Of a DNA stretch of 64,000 nt, positions 16,802-27,979 are shown in pieces. The notes under the pieces were generated by a model, which saw only the letters and a list, made by a program, of their open reading frames with translations, did no database searches and was not told the DNA's origin. The position numbers were made by a program, and so were the translations under genes. Numbering within the stretch: position 1 is the stretch's first letter; every line of letters starts with the position of its first letter. The stretch is from Candidatus Dojkabacteria bacterium (lineage in GTDB: Bacteria > Patescibacteriota > Dojkabacteria > SC72): contig JBMNHC010000001.1 in NCBI GenBank assembly GCA_050950165.1, positions 124,673 to 188,672 of the forward strand, written 5' to 3'.

Positions 16802-19726
16802 TTATCTCCCACAACACTTCTTGTACTTCTTGCCACTACCACATGGACAAGGATCATTGCGTCCTACCTTTGTTGCCCTTCTAACAGTCTGTTGCTTACT
16901 AACATTACCAGGCCTACTATCCGAAATACTCTTAACCTCCTCTTTTTCTGTCTGCATAGCATCAACAACAGAAGGATTCTGAACAACCCTAACCTTAAAG
17001 AATCTACCTACAGTATTCTCATCAATACTTCTTAACATACTATCAAACAACCTAAAACCCTCATTCTTGTACTCTACTAAAGGATCTCTCTGTGCAAGAT
17101 TACGAAGAGATATACCCTCTCTTAAATCCTGCATATTATCCAAATGCTCCATCCAATACCTATCAATACCCTGCAGTATGAGAATCTTAGAAAGCTCTCT
17201 CATCGGGAGGAAACCTATGGAGTAAATATGATAAACAAAACAAACTAACACCAATCTCTTTAACTGCTTACCAATCTCAGTAGAACTCTTACCATCTAAA
17301 CTTCTAAAAAACTCTACACTACTCTTAAAACCCAAAGCCTTAACACCCTGCTCAAACAGTTCCTCTGTTAACAAATTCTTCACCTGAATATATAAATTCC
17401 TCTCCTCAACATTATCTATCTCCATATCATCCTCTAACTGAGACATGATGAGCATATCTATATACTCCAAAAGCTTCTTCAAAATTGAAGTATCAAGAGG
17501 ACTTAATTTAAACCTCAAACCATCCAAATACTCAATATGCCAACTCTCTGCCTTAGTCACTGCAAAACCATCCAACATATCCTGCAAACCATCAATATCT
17601 AAATCCAAAACATACTTAATATCATCCTCAAGAGAAATATCCTTACTCTCACTAACCTCCTGTGCAATCTCTAAAACCTTTGTTCTAAGATCGTAGATAA
17701 TATTTCTCTGCTTATTCAACACATCATCATACTCAACAAGCCTTTTACGAATATCATAGTTATGAGACTCTACCTTCTTCTGTGCATTCTCAATAGTTTT
17801 ACCAAGAATACCCATGGATATTGGAATATCATCCTCTAAACCCACCTGAGACATAATCGTTTGCATTCTCTCACCACCAAATAACCTCATAAGCTCATCC
17901 TCAAAAGAAACAAAAAACTTACTCTCACCAGGATCTCCCTGTCTTCCCGCTCTACCTCGTAGTTGATTATCAATCCTTCTTGACTCATGCCTCTCTGAGC
18001 CAATAATGTACAACCCTCCTAACTCTTTAACACCATCCTCCAATGCAATATCTGTTCCTCTTCCTGCCATATTAGTAGCAATCGTCACTGCACCCTTCTT
18101 ACCCGCCTGTGAGACGATCTTAGCCTCTCTCTCGTGATACTTAGCATTAAGTACCTCATGAGCAATACCCTCCTTAGAAAGCATCGCAGAGAGCGCCTCA
18201 GACTTCTCTACAGATGTAGTACCAACTAACACAGGCTGTCCCTTCTTACTCTTCTCCTTAATCTCTTCTACAATTGCTTCAAATTTACCAACCATAGTTC
18301 GGTAAACAACATCATTGTAATCCTTTCTCACAACAGGCTTGTTAGTAGGAACAACGATAGTATCTAAATTATATATTGAAGAAAACTCTTCAGCCTCAGT
18401 AAGAGCCGTACCCGTCATACCAGAAAGATACGAATACAACCTAAAGTAATTCTGCAAAGTAATTGTTGCCATAGTGCGACTCTCACGATTAACCTCCACA
18501 CCCTCCTTAGCTTCAATAGCCTGATGCAAACCCTCACTATACCTTCTACCAGGCAAAGCCCTACCCGTAAACTCATCAACAATTAACACCTCACCATCTC
18601 TTACCATATATTCATCATCTAGTTTGTAAAGCTCTTTAGCCTTAAGTGCATTATCCAAATGATATGCAAGCTGTGCATTCTCATAGATATTCTTAACTTT
18701 CAAAATCTTCTCTACCGCATCTATACCCGCATCATTTAGAGACACAGAATTTGATTTTTCATCCACGGTATAGTGTTTCTCAACCTCCAAAGACTTAACT
18801 AAAGTAGCAAACTGCTTATACATATCATTGGAAGCCTGTGCACTAGTAGAAATTATTAAAGGAGTACGAGCCTCATCAATTAAAATTGAGTCAGCCTCAT
18901 CTACAATTGCAAAATATCTAGGACCCTGAACCCTCTCATCTAAAGAAGCAACCATATTATCCCTAAGATAGTCAAAACCATACTCATTGTTAGTACCATA
19001 TACAACATCACACGCATACGCCTCTTTCTTACTACACTCAATGAGATTAACACCACTCATATGATCATACTTAAGCCTACCAGCTTCTTTTGCTCTAATA
19101 TCTCTCTCTTTAATCAGCTCCTTACCCTCATCTCCCTTAAGCTTTACTACCTCTTCATCAGTAATATATCTGTACTGAATACCAGAGTTAATAGCTGATA
19201 CACTTATTCCCAAACTACCCAAAATATGCCCATTCCACTCAGCATCTCTTCTTGCAAGATAGTCGTTTACAGTCACTAGATGAGCTCCCCTCCCTGTTAA
19301 TGCATAAAGATAAAGGGGCATATTAGCAGCCAATGTCTTACCCTCTCCAGTAAAAAGCTCAGCTATCTTGTTATCAAACAGAACATACCCTGCCATTACC
19401 TGTACATCAAAATGCCTGTGATTCGCAACTCTCCTGGATGCCTCCCTTACTACAGCAAAAGCCTCTGGCAATATCTCTCTTAACACCTTCTTCTCATCAT
19501 CAAGTCTCTTTTTTAATTCCTCCTTACCATATCTATCAAACTCTTCTCTAACAGAATCTAAATCTACATTCAAAATCTTTCTAAAATAGGTACTCTTCTC
19601 TCTTAATTCTTCATCAGATAACTTCTTAATCTCCTCTTCAAAAGAGTTAACTTCATCTACAACAAGCTGAATCTTCTTTATTTGTTTCTCATTAGAGTCA
19701 AAAAGACTCTCAAGTAGCTTAAGCAT
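16802..19726 (-). CDS. secA: Preprotein translocase ATPase SecA
   Basis: [38 protein letters not shown] and C-terminal SEC-C motif [14 protein letters not shown]; start placed 7 nt after TGATATAAT. Confidence 0.97.
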   Translation of the reverse strand: MLKLLESLFDSNEKQIKKIQLVVDEVNSFEEEIKKLSDEELREKSTYFRKILNVDLDSVREEFDRYGKEELKKRLDDEKKVLREILPEAFAVVREASRRVANHRHFDVQVMAGYVLFDNKIAELFTGEGKTLAANMPLYLYALTGRGAHLVTVNDYLARRDAEWNGHILGSLGISVSAINSGIQYRYITDEEVVKLKGDEGKELIKERDIRAKEAGRLKYDHMSGVNLIECSKKEAYACDVVYGTNNEYGFDYLRDNMVASLDERVQGPRYFAIVDEADSILIDEARTPLIISTSAQASNDMYKQFATLVKSLEVEKHYTVDEKSNSVSLNDAGIDAVEKILKVKNIYENAQLAYHLDNALKAKELYKLDDEYMVRDGEVLIVDEFTGRALPGRRYSEGLHQAIEAKEGVEVNRESRTMATITLQNYFRLYSYLSGMTGTALTEAEEFSSIYNLDTIVVPTNKPVVRKDYNDVVYRTMVGKFEAIVEEIKEKSKKGQPVLVGTTSVEKSEALSAMLSKEGIAHEVLNAKYHEREAKIVSQAGKKGAVTIATNMAGRGTDIALEDGVKELGGLYIIGSERHESRRIDNQLRGRAGRQGDPGESKFFVSFEDELMRLFGGERMQTIMSQVGLEDDIPISMGILGKTIENAQKKVESHNYDIRKRLVEYDDVLNKQRNIIYDLRTKVLEIAQEVSESKDISLEDDIKYVLDLDIDGLQDMLDGFAVTKAESWHIEYLDGLRFKLSPLDTSILKKLLEYIDMLIMSQLEDDMEIDNVEERNLYIQVKNLLTEELFEQGVKALGFKSSVEFFRSLDGKSSTEIGKQLKRLVLVCFVYHIYSIGFLPMRELSKILILQGIDRYWMEHLDNMQDLREGISLRNLAQRDPLVEYKNEGFRLFDSMLRSIDENTVGRFFKVRVVQNPSVVDAMQTEKEEVKSISDSRPGNVSKQQTVRRATKVGRNDPCPCGSGKKYKKCCGR

Positions 19727-19794
19727 ATCCTCGATTATATCACAGAAATTCAACCTTTAAGGATTTATTCATCTTTAATTGAAACAATATATAT

Positions 19795-21194
19795 ATGGAC
19801 GCAATGCCTACATACTACAATCTAGAAGTACACACGCAGTGGCAATCCCCAGTACAAAATTTACCATGCATAGTAATATTCATCGATGAAGAAGAGAGAA
19901 GTCATATAACAGCGCCAACAAAAGACTCTCATATTACATGGATAGCTCCAGATGAAGGAATATATTACAGATATGTATCGTGTCTTGTAGATGAAGCAAG
20001 TGGAAGAAACCAGATTATAAATATAGGGTACTTCCAAGTCCTCTATACTTCCCCACCCCAAGAAGAAACCCCTAAACCACCAGATCCACCTACTAGCACA
20101 GAAGAGAAACCCATCATAAAGAAGAAAAAATCTCTACCTAAAAAAACATATCCTGATACAACCATCTTTAATGAGAAGCCTAACCTAAATACATCTGTAT
20201 TAGGAGTAGAAGAAGACACTACGAAAAGTGCAAAATTGAAATTCTCAAAAAGAAACGGTATGAGGTTATCAACTGGCAGTGTGATATCTCTCTAAATATA
20301 TCAGAAGCAACATATACTGACTTTAATAGTTACTCTTCAATTACCATATCAGGTAGGTATAGAGAGAGTATAAAGGCAGAAGTTTCAATATATCAATGTA
20401 CTCCATTTAATCTCTTCAATATTGATACATGGGGTAAATGTAAATTAAAACTAGTAACTAAAATAGAGAAAGACATTACCCCCATATACTCAGGATATAT
20501 TCAAACAAATAACAGAGTTTTGGAAAATAGTAACTTCTCTTTTACAAAAAACTCTTTCTTTATCAACTCCTACACCAAAGAGAAACCTCAAAATACAAAC
20601 CTACTTTTAAATATATATCTCTCCTTTAAAAGTAAGGAGTGGATAGACTTAAAATATCTTCTTAAACAGAAAGTAGAATTAAAAAGAGCCACTGCTATAC
20701 AAAAACCATTCTCTTTTCCACTAGATAGACTGATCGGTGTGACACAGTGGTACGGCTGTACCCAGTATCAGTGTCCTCACAAAGGTATAGACTTTGGAGC
20801 TAGACTAAACAAAGTCATCAGCGTAGGAGATGGAATAGTAGTAAAAAATGGATATGACAGATATGGCGGAGAGTGTAATCAAGGAGGAAATTACATCATA
20901 GTGAAACACACCAACAATATGTACTCCACATACTTCCATCTAAACTCTTACAACAAGTCTGTTGGAGATAGCGTAAAGAGAGGAGAGGTATTAGGGATTA
21001 GTGGAAATAGTGGGAAGTGGAACTGTCAAAAACTAGGATACCATTTACACTTTGAGATAAGGAAACAACTAAGTTCTTCCACTCATACTAATCCCACACA
21101 ATACATAGATATAGATTGGAATCTAATTCCCACCTTAGGTAAAGAAAAATATCCAGCAAGGCTTTCAGGAGAAAATCCTCATCCTAATTTTTAA
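19795..21194 (+). pseudogene. M23 metallopeptidase-domain protein split by one frameshift (real or assembly indel)
   Basis: HKGIDF, YFHL and HLHFE motifs; the downstream frame is open from 20184 and overlaps the upstream ORF that ends at 20295. Confidence 0.7.
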
Positions 21195-21203
21195 ATATTA
21201 AAA

Positions 21204-21800
21204 ATGTTAAACTTTCTACTCACAACTCTACTATCTCTCTTTGTACAGATAGAGTATGACTTTGTCATATATTCAGACACCATTCCATTAAACATATACT
21301 GGATATCTGAGGATAATATTTTACTTTCATACATAAATAGAGCAGAGATATTTAATCTAGAGAACAGAGATAGAAACTCCCTTAGTAACTGTACAAACTG
21401 TATATATGGATATGAAGGAGAGATACTTAGATGTGAGTATATACACAGAGAGATACAAAGTAGTAAAGAATTTAGTACAACCATATCTGTATATGATTCT
21501 AAAGACAAATTAATCTTCCAAAAAGATCTCTTCCCTACCCTAATACCCACCATATGTAAAAAAGAATATATCATTCTTAAAAATGCATACCCTTTTCTAG
21601 AAGAAAAAACATATATTCTAGACACAAAAACTCAAAATCTCTCTGAACAGAAAATTAAGAAAGCAATACCTAAGATTAAAGGATTGGAGTATAAGAATAT
21701 TTCAATTGGAGAAGGTAGAATTATAATAGAAACAGGAAATAATATTCTAGAAGTTTACAAGCTTACCTCTTTAAACCTAATCTCTCGAACATATCAATAG
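21204..21800 (+). CDS. Hypothetical exported protein
   Basis: 198-aa ORF with hydrophobic N-terminus, co-directional with the M23 gene. Confidence 0.55.
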   Translation: MLNFLLTTLLSLFVQIEYDFVIYSDTIPLNIYWISEDNILLSYINRAEIFNLENRDRNSLSNCTNCIYGYEGEILRCEYIHREIQSSKEFSTTISVYDSKDKLIFQKDLFPTLIPTICKKEYIILKNAYPFLEEKTYILDTKTQNLSEQKIKKAIPKIKGLEYKNISIGEGRIIIETGNNILEVYKLTSLNLISRTYQ

Positions 21801-24018
21801 AACTCTCTGCATATACCTTTTGACCTTTGTAAATAGGAAGAGAGATTGTAAATCTACTACCCCTATCTAACTCACTCTCTACAGTAATCTCACCACCCAT
21901 TAACCTAACAAGACCGAAGGTTACATAAAGACCTAAACCTGTACCACCAGGTCTAACAATATCACTACTTAAGTAGTTATCTATTCTATAAAACTTCTCT
22001 CCAAGCTTAGGTATATTTTCCTTAGAGATACCCTTACCTGAATCCTCTATGCTAATTATCACACGATCACCTTCAGTAGTAGCAGAGATTGTCACATGAC
22101 CTCTCTCTGTATACTTTACTGCATTACTAACTAAGTTATTCAATATCTCTACAACCCTAACCCTATCTGCATATACATATGGAATATCCTTAGGTACATT
22201 ATTTATCATCCTTAAACCCTTCTCCTTTGCCTCTTGTTCATGACCATGGAATGTAAGCTCCACCTCAGAGTAAACATTAACTTTAGTCTTTCTAATCTCA
22301 ATCCTATCTCCTTCCAACTTAGCAGAAGTAAGTAAAGTATTAATCAGATCTATCTCCGTTTCTACAGAGTGCTTTATCCTATCCAAACATCTCTTAAACT
22401 CCTCAGGATTACTACTAATATATTTCTCTAAAAGCTCTACATTGAGCTTAGCAACAGTAGCAGGAGTCCTTAACTCATGCCCCATGATATCTATCATATC
22501 TGCCTCTTTCCTTCGAGCATCCTCCAATTCAGAAATCTTAACCTGTAACTCCTTAGTCTGTTCATTTACCTTCTCTTGCAAAGACCTATTAAACATCTGT
22601 ACCTCTTGATACAAAATTGCACGACCAATGGACACACTAATACTAGCTGTAATCTTTTCCAAAAGATCTATATCCTCAACAGTAAGTGGATACATATCAC
22701 TCCTATACCCCAAAAGTAAAACCCCATCTAATTGCGTCCTACTATTAAAAGGTATTACTGTAGAAATCTCTGACTTACTTAACTCATCCATTACTTCTAC
22801 CAATCTTCTATCTATACTCTTCCCCTCCAAAATTAAACCTCTTGTTATCTCATCTGACACTATAACCTGATCTAAAGATATATCTTTCCAACCTCTTACA
22901 AGTTGAAGTAAAAAGTCCAAAGAAAACTCTTTAAAATCATCTAAATATTTATACCTTACAGAAAAATCTCTCTTATCAAAAAGCACTATACCAACCTTCT
23001 CTACCATAAATACCTGCTTTATTGTCCTCTTTACATTGATAACAATCCTATCCACAGTCAATTCAATATTGCTAACCTGTGTAAAGTTATTCAATATCTT
23101 CTCTCTACTCTTTTCATCTGGAGAGAATGTATTTAGTAGAAGATTAACTAAAGGTTTGAAGATAAGTTGGTATATTCCTATAGATATACCAACAAAGAGT
23201 ATGGTGTTGATAAAACTATTATTCTGATTCAATACCAACTCCTCGTAAGAATCAATAAAAAGAAGTAATGCTAAAACTACATATACCAAACTAAATAGAA
23301 AGAATAAACCCCTCCTTAATACTATCTTAATAGTCAAAAACCTGTTCTTAAGAATAGAGTAAGCAACAGCTACTGAAAATGGAATTGCAAAGAGAGGACC
23401 ATATACAAAATATTTAGTATCACCTGTTAATAGAGGAATACCGTAATCCACTATTACAAGAGGTACCATCATAAAAAGAGCTCCTAGCATATAGAAGTGA
23501 ACCTGAGCTTTCTCATAACCGATAAAATTTCTACTCTTGTATAAAAAGTACACCGCTATTAGAAAGATACCCAACACATTAGGCAATGTATATACAAAAT
23601 ATCCTGGTCCCATCTGTGCAATAGAGGCAAACTCTTTAGAGAAATATGTTGCAGAGATAACTACACTATCCTCAATCATCAATACATAGAAACTAGGAAC
23701 AAGAGCGATGAGTATAGGTATAGCGTAGAACCAGAAATTCTTCTTCTCTACTTTAGGAAAGTAATATACAAAAATTAATTGTGCAATTAACATACCGTAA
23801 GACGAAAGATAGACTATCTTTAACCACACAGCTGGTTCTAGAAAGATAGGGTTGTTATAAAAGAAAGTAAAGAGAGCCCACAGTGCAATAGAGAATACAC
23901 TAAAAGCATATACTATGTTGTTAGCTCTTTTAGGATTTTTAAGGAAAACAATTAAACCTAACACTATGTTCAGTAATACAATCAACAGTGATATTACTCC
24001 TATTGCATTAATATGCAT
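21763..24018 (-). CDS. Sensor histidine kinase: multi-TM (HisKA_7TM-like) sensor, GAF, HisKA, HATPase
   Basis: HELRTP, NLVSNAVKYT, DSGKGI and GGTGLGL; about 9 N-terminal hydrophobic helices; GAF-like GVLLLG...EDIDLL. Confidence 0.92.
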   Translation of the reverse strand: MHINAIGVISLLIVLLNIVLGLIVFLKNPKRANNIVYAFSVFSIALWALFTFFYNNPIFLEPAVWLKIVYLSSYGMLIAQLIFVYYFPKVEKKNFWFYAIPILIALVPSFYVLMIEDSVVISATYFSKEFASIAQMGPGYFVYTLPNVLGIFLIAVYFLYKSRNFIGYEKAQVHFYMLGALFMMVPLVIVDYGIPLLTGDTKYFVYGPLFAIPFSVAVAYSILKNRFLTIKIVLRRGLFFLFSLVYVVLALLLFIDSYEELVLNQNNSFINTILFVGISIGIYQLIFKPLVNLLLNTFSPDEKSREKILNNFTQVSNIELTVDRIVINVKRTIKQVFMVEKVGIVLFDKRDFSVRYKYLDDFKEFSLDFLLQLVRGWKDISLDQVIVSDEITRGLILEGKSIDRRLVEVMDELSKSEISTVIPFNSRTQLDGVLLLGYRSDMYPLTVEDIDLLEKITASISVSIGRAILYQEVQMFNRSLQEKVNEQTKELQVKISELEDARRKEADMIDIMGHELRTPATVAKLNVELLEKYISSNPEEFKRCLDRIKHSVETEIDLINTLLTSAKLEGDRIEIRKTKVNVYSEVELTFHGHEQEAKEKGLRMINNVPKDIPYVYADRVRVVEILNNLVSNAVKYTERGHVTISATTEGDRVIISIEDSGKGISKENIPKLGEKFYRIDNYLSSDIVRPGGTGLGLYVTFGLVRLMGGEITVESELDRGSRFTISLPIYKGQKVYAESSIDMFERLGLKR

Positions 24019-24037
24019 GTTGGTACAACACCCAAAA

Positions 24038-25441
24038 TTATTTCTTCACAAGTATTCTAGATATTCTCAATACCAAAGGATCCCTCTCCTTACAAAGTCT
24101 CATCATTGTTCCACCATCTACCCTCTCCTTACCATTACTATACATATCATCTCCTACCTGTACCCAACTGTACTTTTCAAACTCAAGAGGTCTTTCTAAT
24201 ATCTCTATCTTTTTTTCTTGAGACTCTAGTGTATCTACAATCACATTGTGATAGTCAAATGGGGTAGTCTCTACTGCTTGGTTTGCTTTAGATAGATCGG
24301 TTGCAGATTTAATTGCCTTCATTACTTCTTTAAACCTAGGTCTGTTCTCGAAGAATAGCTTACCAAGCCAAGTATACATCCTTGCAGCACCATCAGATAT
24401 TACACCGTGAATTAAAATCCCTCCTGTATCCCTATTCACTCTAAAATTATATGTATGAGGATATCCATACGGAGCCTCATACTGACTCCTTCTTGCATAC
24501 TCTTCTCTTAAATCTTTAAACCTAGAATTAATTATCTGTGCCAAATGAAACGATTTAGAAATCTCTACCTTAATATGTGAGTCTAGACCTAATGAACCAA
24601 TATACATACCATCATCACCAACATTCTCTGAGATATTAGAGATTAACTCTCTAGTAAACTCCTGACTAACATACTGCAACCCATTATCCAAAACTAATGC
24701 ATCATATGTAAAATCTAAATCCTTCTCCTCCTCAGATGCCCTTATCGCATCGTCTACTTGTAGTACAATCGCTCTATCTTTTCCATAAAGTTCTCTAGGT
24801 ACCGAACCTTTTACAATATGAATCTCATATCTATCACTTTCAGGAAGTAGTTCATTCCAAACAGCGAAGTTTAAAGCAGCAATAGCTATAGAATCTGCAG
24901 CTATATCAGTAGCTATTAAGTTTGCTGTCACTCCAGACTCATACAATCTAGTAAGCAAACTTTTATCTGCTACTCCTGCACCACAGAAAAAAGATCTAAT
25001 ATTTAATATCTTAGAAGGATTCTTCTCCTTAATACCCTTTAGATGATTAGCAATACTATCTGTATATGTAAGTATCGGCTCTATTGTATCCGTTACCATC
25101 ACTCTTCTTAAAACACCCATTACATAAGGTTCTTCATCAACTCCTACCTTCCACGGATCTATCTGAAACCCAACTTTAGACATCTCTTTCTTAAGCTCTG
25201 TAGACTGAGATGCTATCAATTTGGAAGTTTTAGGAGACATTGTATATGGATAGTTAGGTCCAACATTCTTTCTAAAATCCTCATCCCAAGCTTTATCATA
25301 CTCATAGCACTCCTGTACAAACTGAGGATCAACCTTTATCATAAAGCTAGAATATCCAGATTCAAACTCTTGCTTGTGTAAACTAACTACACCATTCATT
25401 TCACTCTCTTTACCATTTGTATAATAGGACTCATTCTCCAT
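24038..25441 (-). CDS. Orphan class I SAM-dependent methyltransferase-fold protein
   Basis: IRSFFCGAG (motif I), LIATDI (II), VDDA (III), YDALVLDNGLQYV (IV) and GDDG.Y in the expected order. Confidence 0.6.
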   Translation of the reverse strand: MENESYYTNGKESEMNGVVSLHKQEFESGYSSFMIKVDPQFVQECYEYDKAWDEDFRKNVGPNYPYTMSPKTSKLIASQSTELKKEMSKVGFQIDPWKVGVDEEPYVMGVLRRVMVTDTIEPILTYTDSIANHLKGIKEKNPSKILNIRSFFCGAGVADKSLLTRLYESGVTANLIATDIAADSIAIAALNFAVWNELLPESDRYEIHIVKGSVPRELYGKDRAIVLQVDDAIRASEEEKDLDFTYDALVLDNGLQYVSQEFTRELISNISENVGDDGMYIGSLGLDSHIKVEISKSFHLAQIINSRFKDLREEYARRSQYEAPYGYPHTYNFRVNRDTGGILIHGVISDGAARMYTWLGKLFFENRPRFKEVMKAIKSATDLSKANQAVETTPFDYHNVIVDTLESQEKKIEILERPLEFEKYSWVQVGDDMYSNGKERVDGGTMMRLCKERDPLVLRISRILVKK

Positions 25442-25553
25442 TTTAAACTTTCATTAAGATTATTCTCTCTCATTGTACTTTACACAGAGAAACATGTACA
25501 TAGTTATCAATTCACTTCTTCAAAAGATAGGATAATAATGTATACTTTGTAAT

Positions 25554-27014
25554 ATGAAAAAATATCTTCTTCTAATCCCATTTATACTAATAATCATATC
25601 TATCTGTTTACTTGGATTAGAAAAACAATATATGTGGAGTGATGAAGTTTTCTCTTTTCATGCTGCTAAGATGATAATAGAGAAAGGAGAAGCAGTATAT
25701 GATTCTGGGTTAATATATGGAAGAGCACCAATATACCATCACCTATTAGCATACTCTATGAAAATTTTTGGTGTAAACGAGTTCGGTAGTAGAATCCTAA
25801 ACATTCCTTTCTGGTTAGGAACATCTACAGTAATCTTTCTCTTTGTTAAAGAAGCGATAACATTTATAAAAGGAGAGAAAAGATATATGACTGCTCTCTC
25901 TGTTTCACTTTTCTACCTCATCAGTAACTTTGCAATAGCAATGCTAAGAGAAACTAGAATGTATGGAATGAGTACTTTCTTTTTAATACTTGCAACATAC
26001 CTTCTATACAAAGCTATCATTAATCCACAGAAAAGATACAAGATATTTAATATAGAAGTGGATATAAGATATGCAATAGCTTTCTTACCAATAATGTATA
26101 TTGCATACAATACCCAACCTATAAATATATTACTCGGTTTAGGAATAGCAATATACTATCTTCTCTCTGGCTTCCTACATAAGCAGAGATCTAACTTCTT
26201 AATATTTGTATTACTAATACTTGCAGGATTAGGACTTATGTATCTAAGATATGACTCTTTAAATATTGTAAATGTCTTCTCTGAACTTTCACCTGATTGG
26301 GCAAAAAGTGCAAATATACCCTACTATTCATTCTTAACAGTAAGGAATTTACCAATAGTGGTAGTAGCCTTAGTCGCAACACTGTATATCCTCTACAAGA
26401 AAAGAGACAGAACTATACTTCTTTTAACAAGCATAATATTAGGTTTTCTTACATTCCTCTCACTACAACCTGCACAACAAGAAAGATATTGGCAAGCAGT
26501 TATCCCTCTCATTGTAATACTCTCCTTCCTTTCAATATTTCTTGCTACTAAGGAGATAAAAGCGAGTAATTTAAAAAAGGTATTAATAGCTACAACTGTT
26601 CTTTCTCTACTTGTTCATCTTCCCCTATCTATAAAAGAGATAGTTGAGATAGATACATATACAAAGAGTTCACTGTCTATACACAAGAAATTAGAATATA
26701 ACAAACTTTCTTCATATCTAAAAAACAACCTAAAAGACGAAGAGATATTAATTGCTGACTCTCATAGTGCATACACCCTCTATGCTAAAGGCTTTGATGT
26801 TGATTTCCTTCTACTACCAGATGATAGTGTAGATTGGAGATGGGAAGAAAAGGACATCTACTTTAACATACCCCTTATCAATGATGATCAACTGGACTCT
26901 CTACTTGAGCAAGAGAAGGACGGTTTTCTTGTAGTAAGAGATCCAGAAGGATTAAAGAAGATTGAGTATAGCAGAGTACCAACCTTTAACAGACCAACAC
27001 TCTATAGATTCTAA
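25554..27014 (+). CDS. GT-C fold (ArnT/PMT-like) glycosyltransferase
   Basis: MWSDE after TM1, PIYH, RMYG and QERY; many TM helices. Confidence 0.8.
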   Translation: MKKYLLLIPFILIIISICLLGLEKQYMWSDEVFSFHAAKMIIEKGEAVYDSGLIYGRAPIYHHLLAYSMKIFGVNEFGSRILNIPFWLGTSTVIFLFVKEAITFIKGEKRYMTALSVSLFYLISNFAIAMLRETRMYGMSTFFLILATYLLYKAIINPQKRYKIFNIEVDIRYAIAFLPIMYIAYNTQPINILLGLGIAIYYLLSGFLHKQRSNFLIFVLLILAGLGLMYLRYDSLNIVNVFSELSPDWAKSANIPYYSFLTVRNLPIVVVALVATLYILYKKRDRTILLLTSIILGFLTFLSLQPAQQERYWQAVIPLIVILSFLSIFLATKEIKASNLKKVLIATTVLSLLVHLPLSIKEIVEIDTYTKSSLSIHKKLEYNKLSSYLKNNLKDEEILIADSHSAYTLYAKGFDVDFLLLPDDSVDWRWEEKDIYFNIPLINDDQLDSLLEQEKDGFLVVRDPEGLKKIEYSRVPTFNRPTLYRF

Positions 27015-27979
27015 AATAGGGATAATGATAGAATAGCTCTCTTAATATACTTACCTGTAGATAATAGACCTCCTCCTAAAAATGTATCTATAAAATAGAA
27101 ACCATTTTTTATACTAAATCCATACTCCTTAATAATCTTAATCATTCTCTTTCTAGCATCTTTAAAATCTTTATGAGTAAACGATTGTAAAAAATAGAGA
27201 AAATCTAAATCTTTTTTAGGAAACCTATCATACATATACTCCCTATCTACATCTTCGTGAGAATCTTTTCCATATCTAAGTTTCTGCTTACACAACTTCC
27301 GTACCGTATATGAAAACACTAACTGATCTATAAGGTACTCATCATAAAGAAGATCTTTCTTACTTCTGTATTCAACTAACACATTAGAGAGAAGATGTAC
27401 TAAATAACCATTAGCAACAATCTGTAAATATAAATCATAGTCCTCAGCATGAAGAAACTTCTCTCTATAGAAGAACTCTTTACTATTCCTAAACATTATA
27501 GATGAATGAACTAAAACATTATTCTCTATTAACTTCATAGTAACATCCACAGGTACTCTCTTGCCCCATGATATCCCTATCTTCCTACCTGATTCATCTA
27601 AGATATTTGCTCTTCCTCCAACAAGGTATACTTCTGGATTAGATTCTAAATATTTAACTTCTGTCTCTATCCTATGAGGGAAAGAGATATCATCAGCATC
27701 ATTTACTGCAATATATTTACCCTTACTAGCCTCAATCGCGATATTTCTCGATACACATCTTTCTAATCTTTTCTTGTTAGTAATTACTTTTACTCTATTA
27801 TCTTTCTTAGCAAATTCATCTAATATTACCTTAGTTTTATCCACAGAAGCATCATTAACAATAACTATTTCAATATTTGTGTATGTCTGTCTAAGAAGTG
27901 AATTTAGTGTTTTTCTTAAACTCTTCTCTCCATTTCTTACTGCCATTATTACCGAAACCAAAGGCTTACTACTTCTCAT
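27011..27979 (-). CDS. Glycosyltransferase family 2
   Basis: VSVIMAVRN, VNDAS.D, DADD and EDYDL. Confidence 0.9.
   Translation of the reverse strand: MRSSKPLVSVIMAVRNGEKSLRKTLNSLLRQTYTNIEIVIVNDASVDKTKVILDEFAKKDNRVKVITNKKRLERCVSRNIAIEASKGKYIAVNDADDISFPHRIETEVKYLESNPEVYLVGGRANILDESGRKIGISWGKRVPVDVTMKLIENNVLVHSSIMFRNSKEFFYREKFLHAEDYDLYLQIVANGYLVHLLSNVLVEYRSKKDLLYDEYLIDQLVFSYTVRKLCKQKLRYGKDSHEDVDREYMYDRFPKKDLDFLYFLQSFTHKDFKDARKRMIKIIKEYGFSIKNGFYFIDTFLGGGLLSTGKYIKRAILSLSLF

Noticed and set aside
16802-19726. Insertions in SecA as possible inteins
   Set aside because: No Cys/Ser start, His-Asn end or endonuclease motifs; they look like ordinary lineage-specific loops.
19787-19797. (AT)n run before the M23 gene start as a phase-variation tract
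   Set aside because: Only about five units in an AT-rich genome, with an in-frame stop just upstream; not distinguishable from background.
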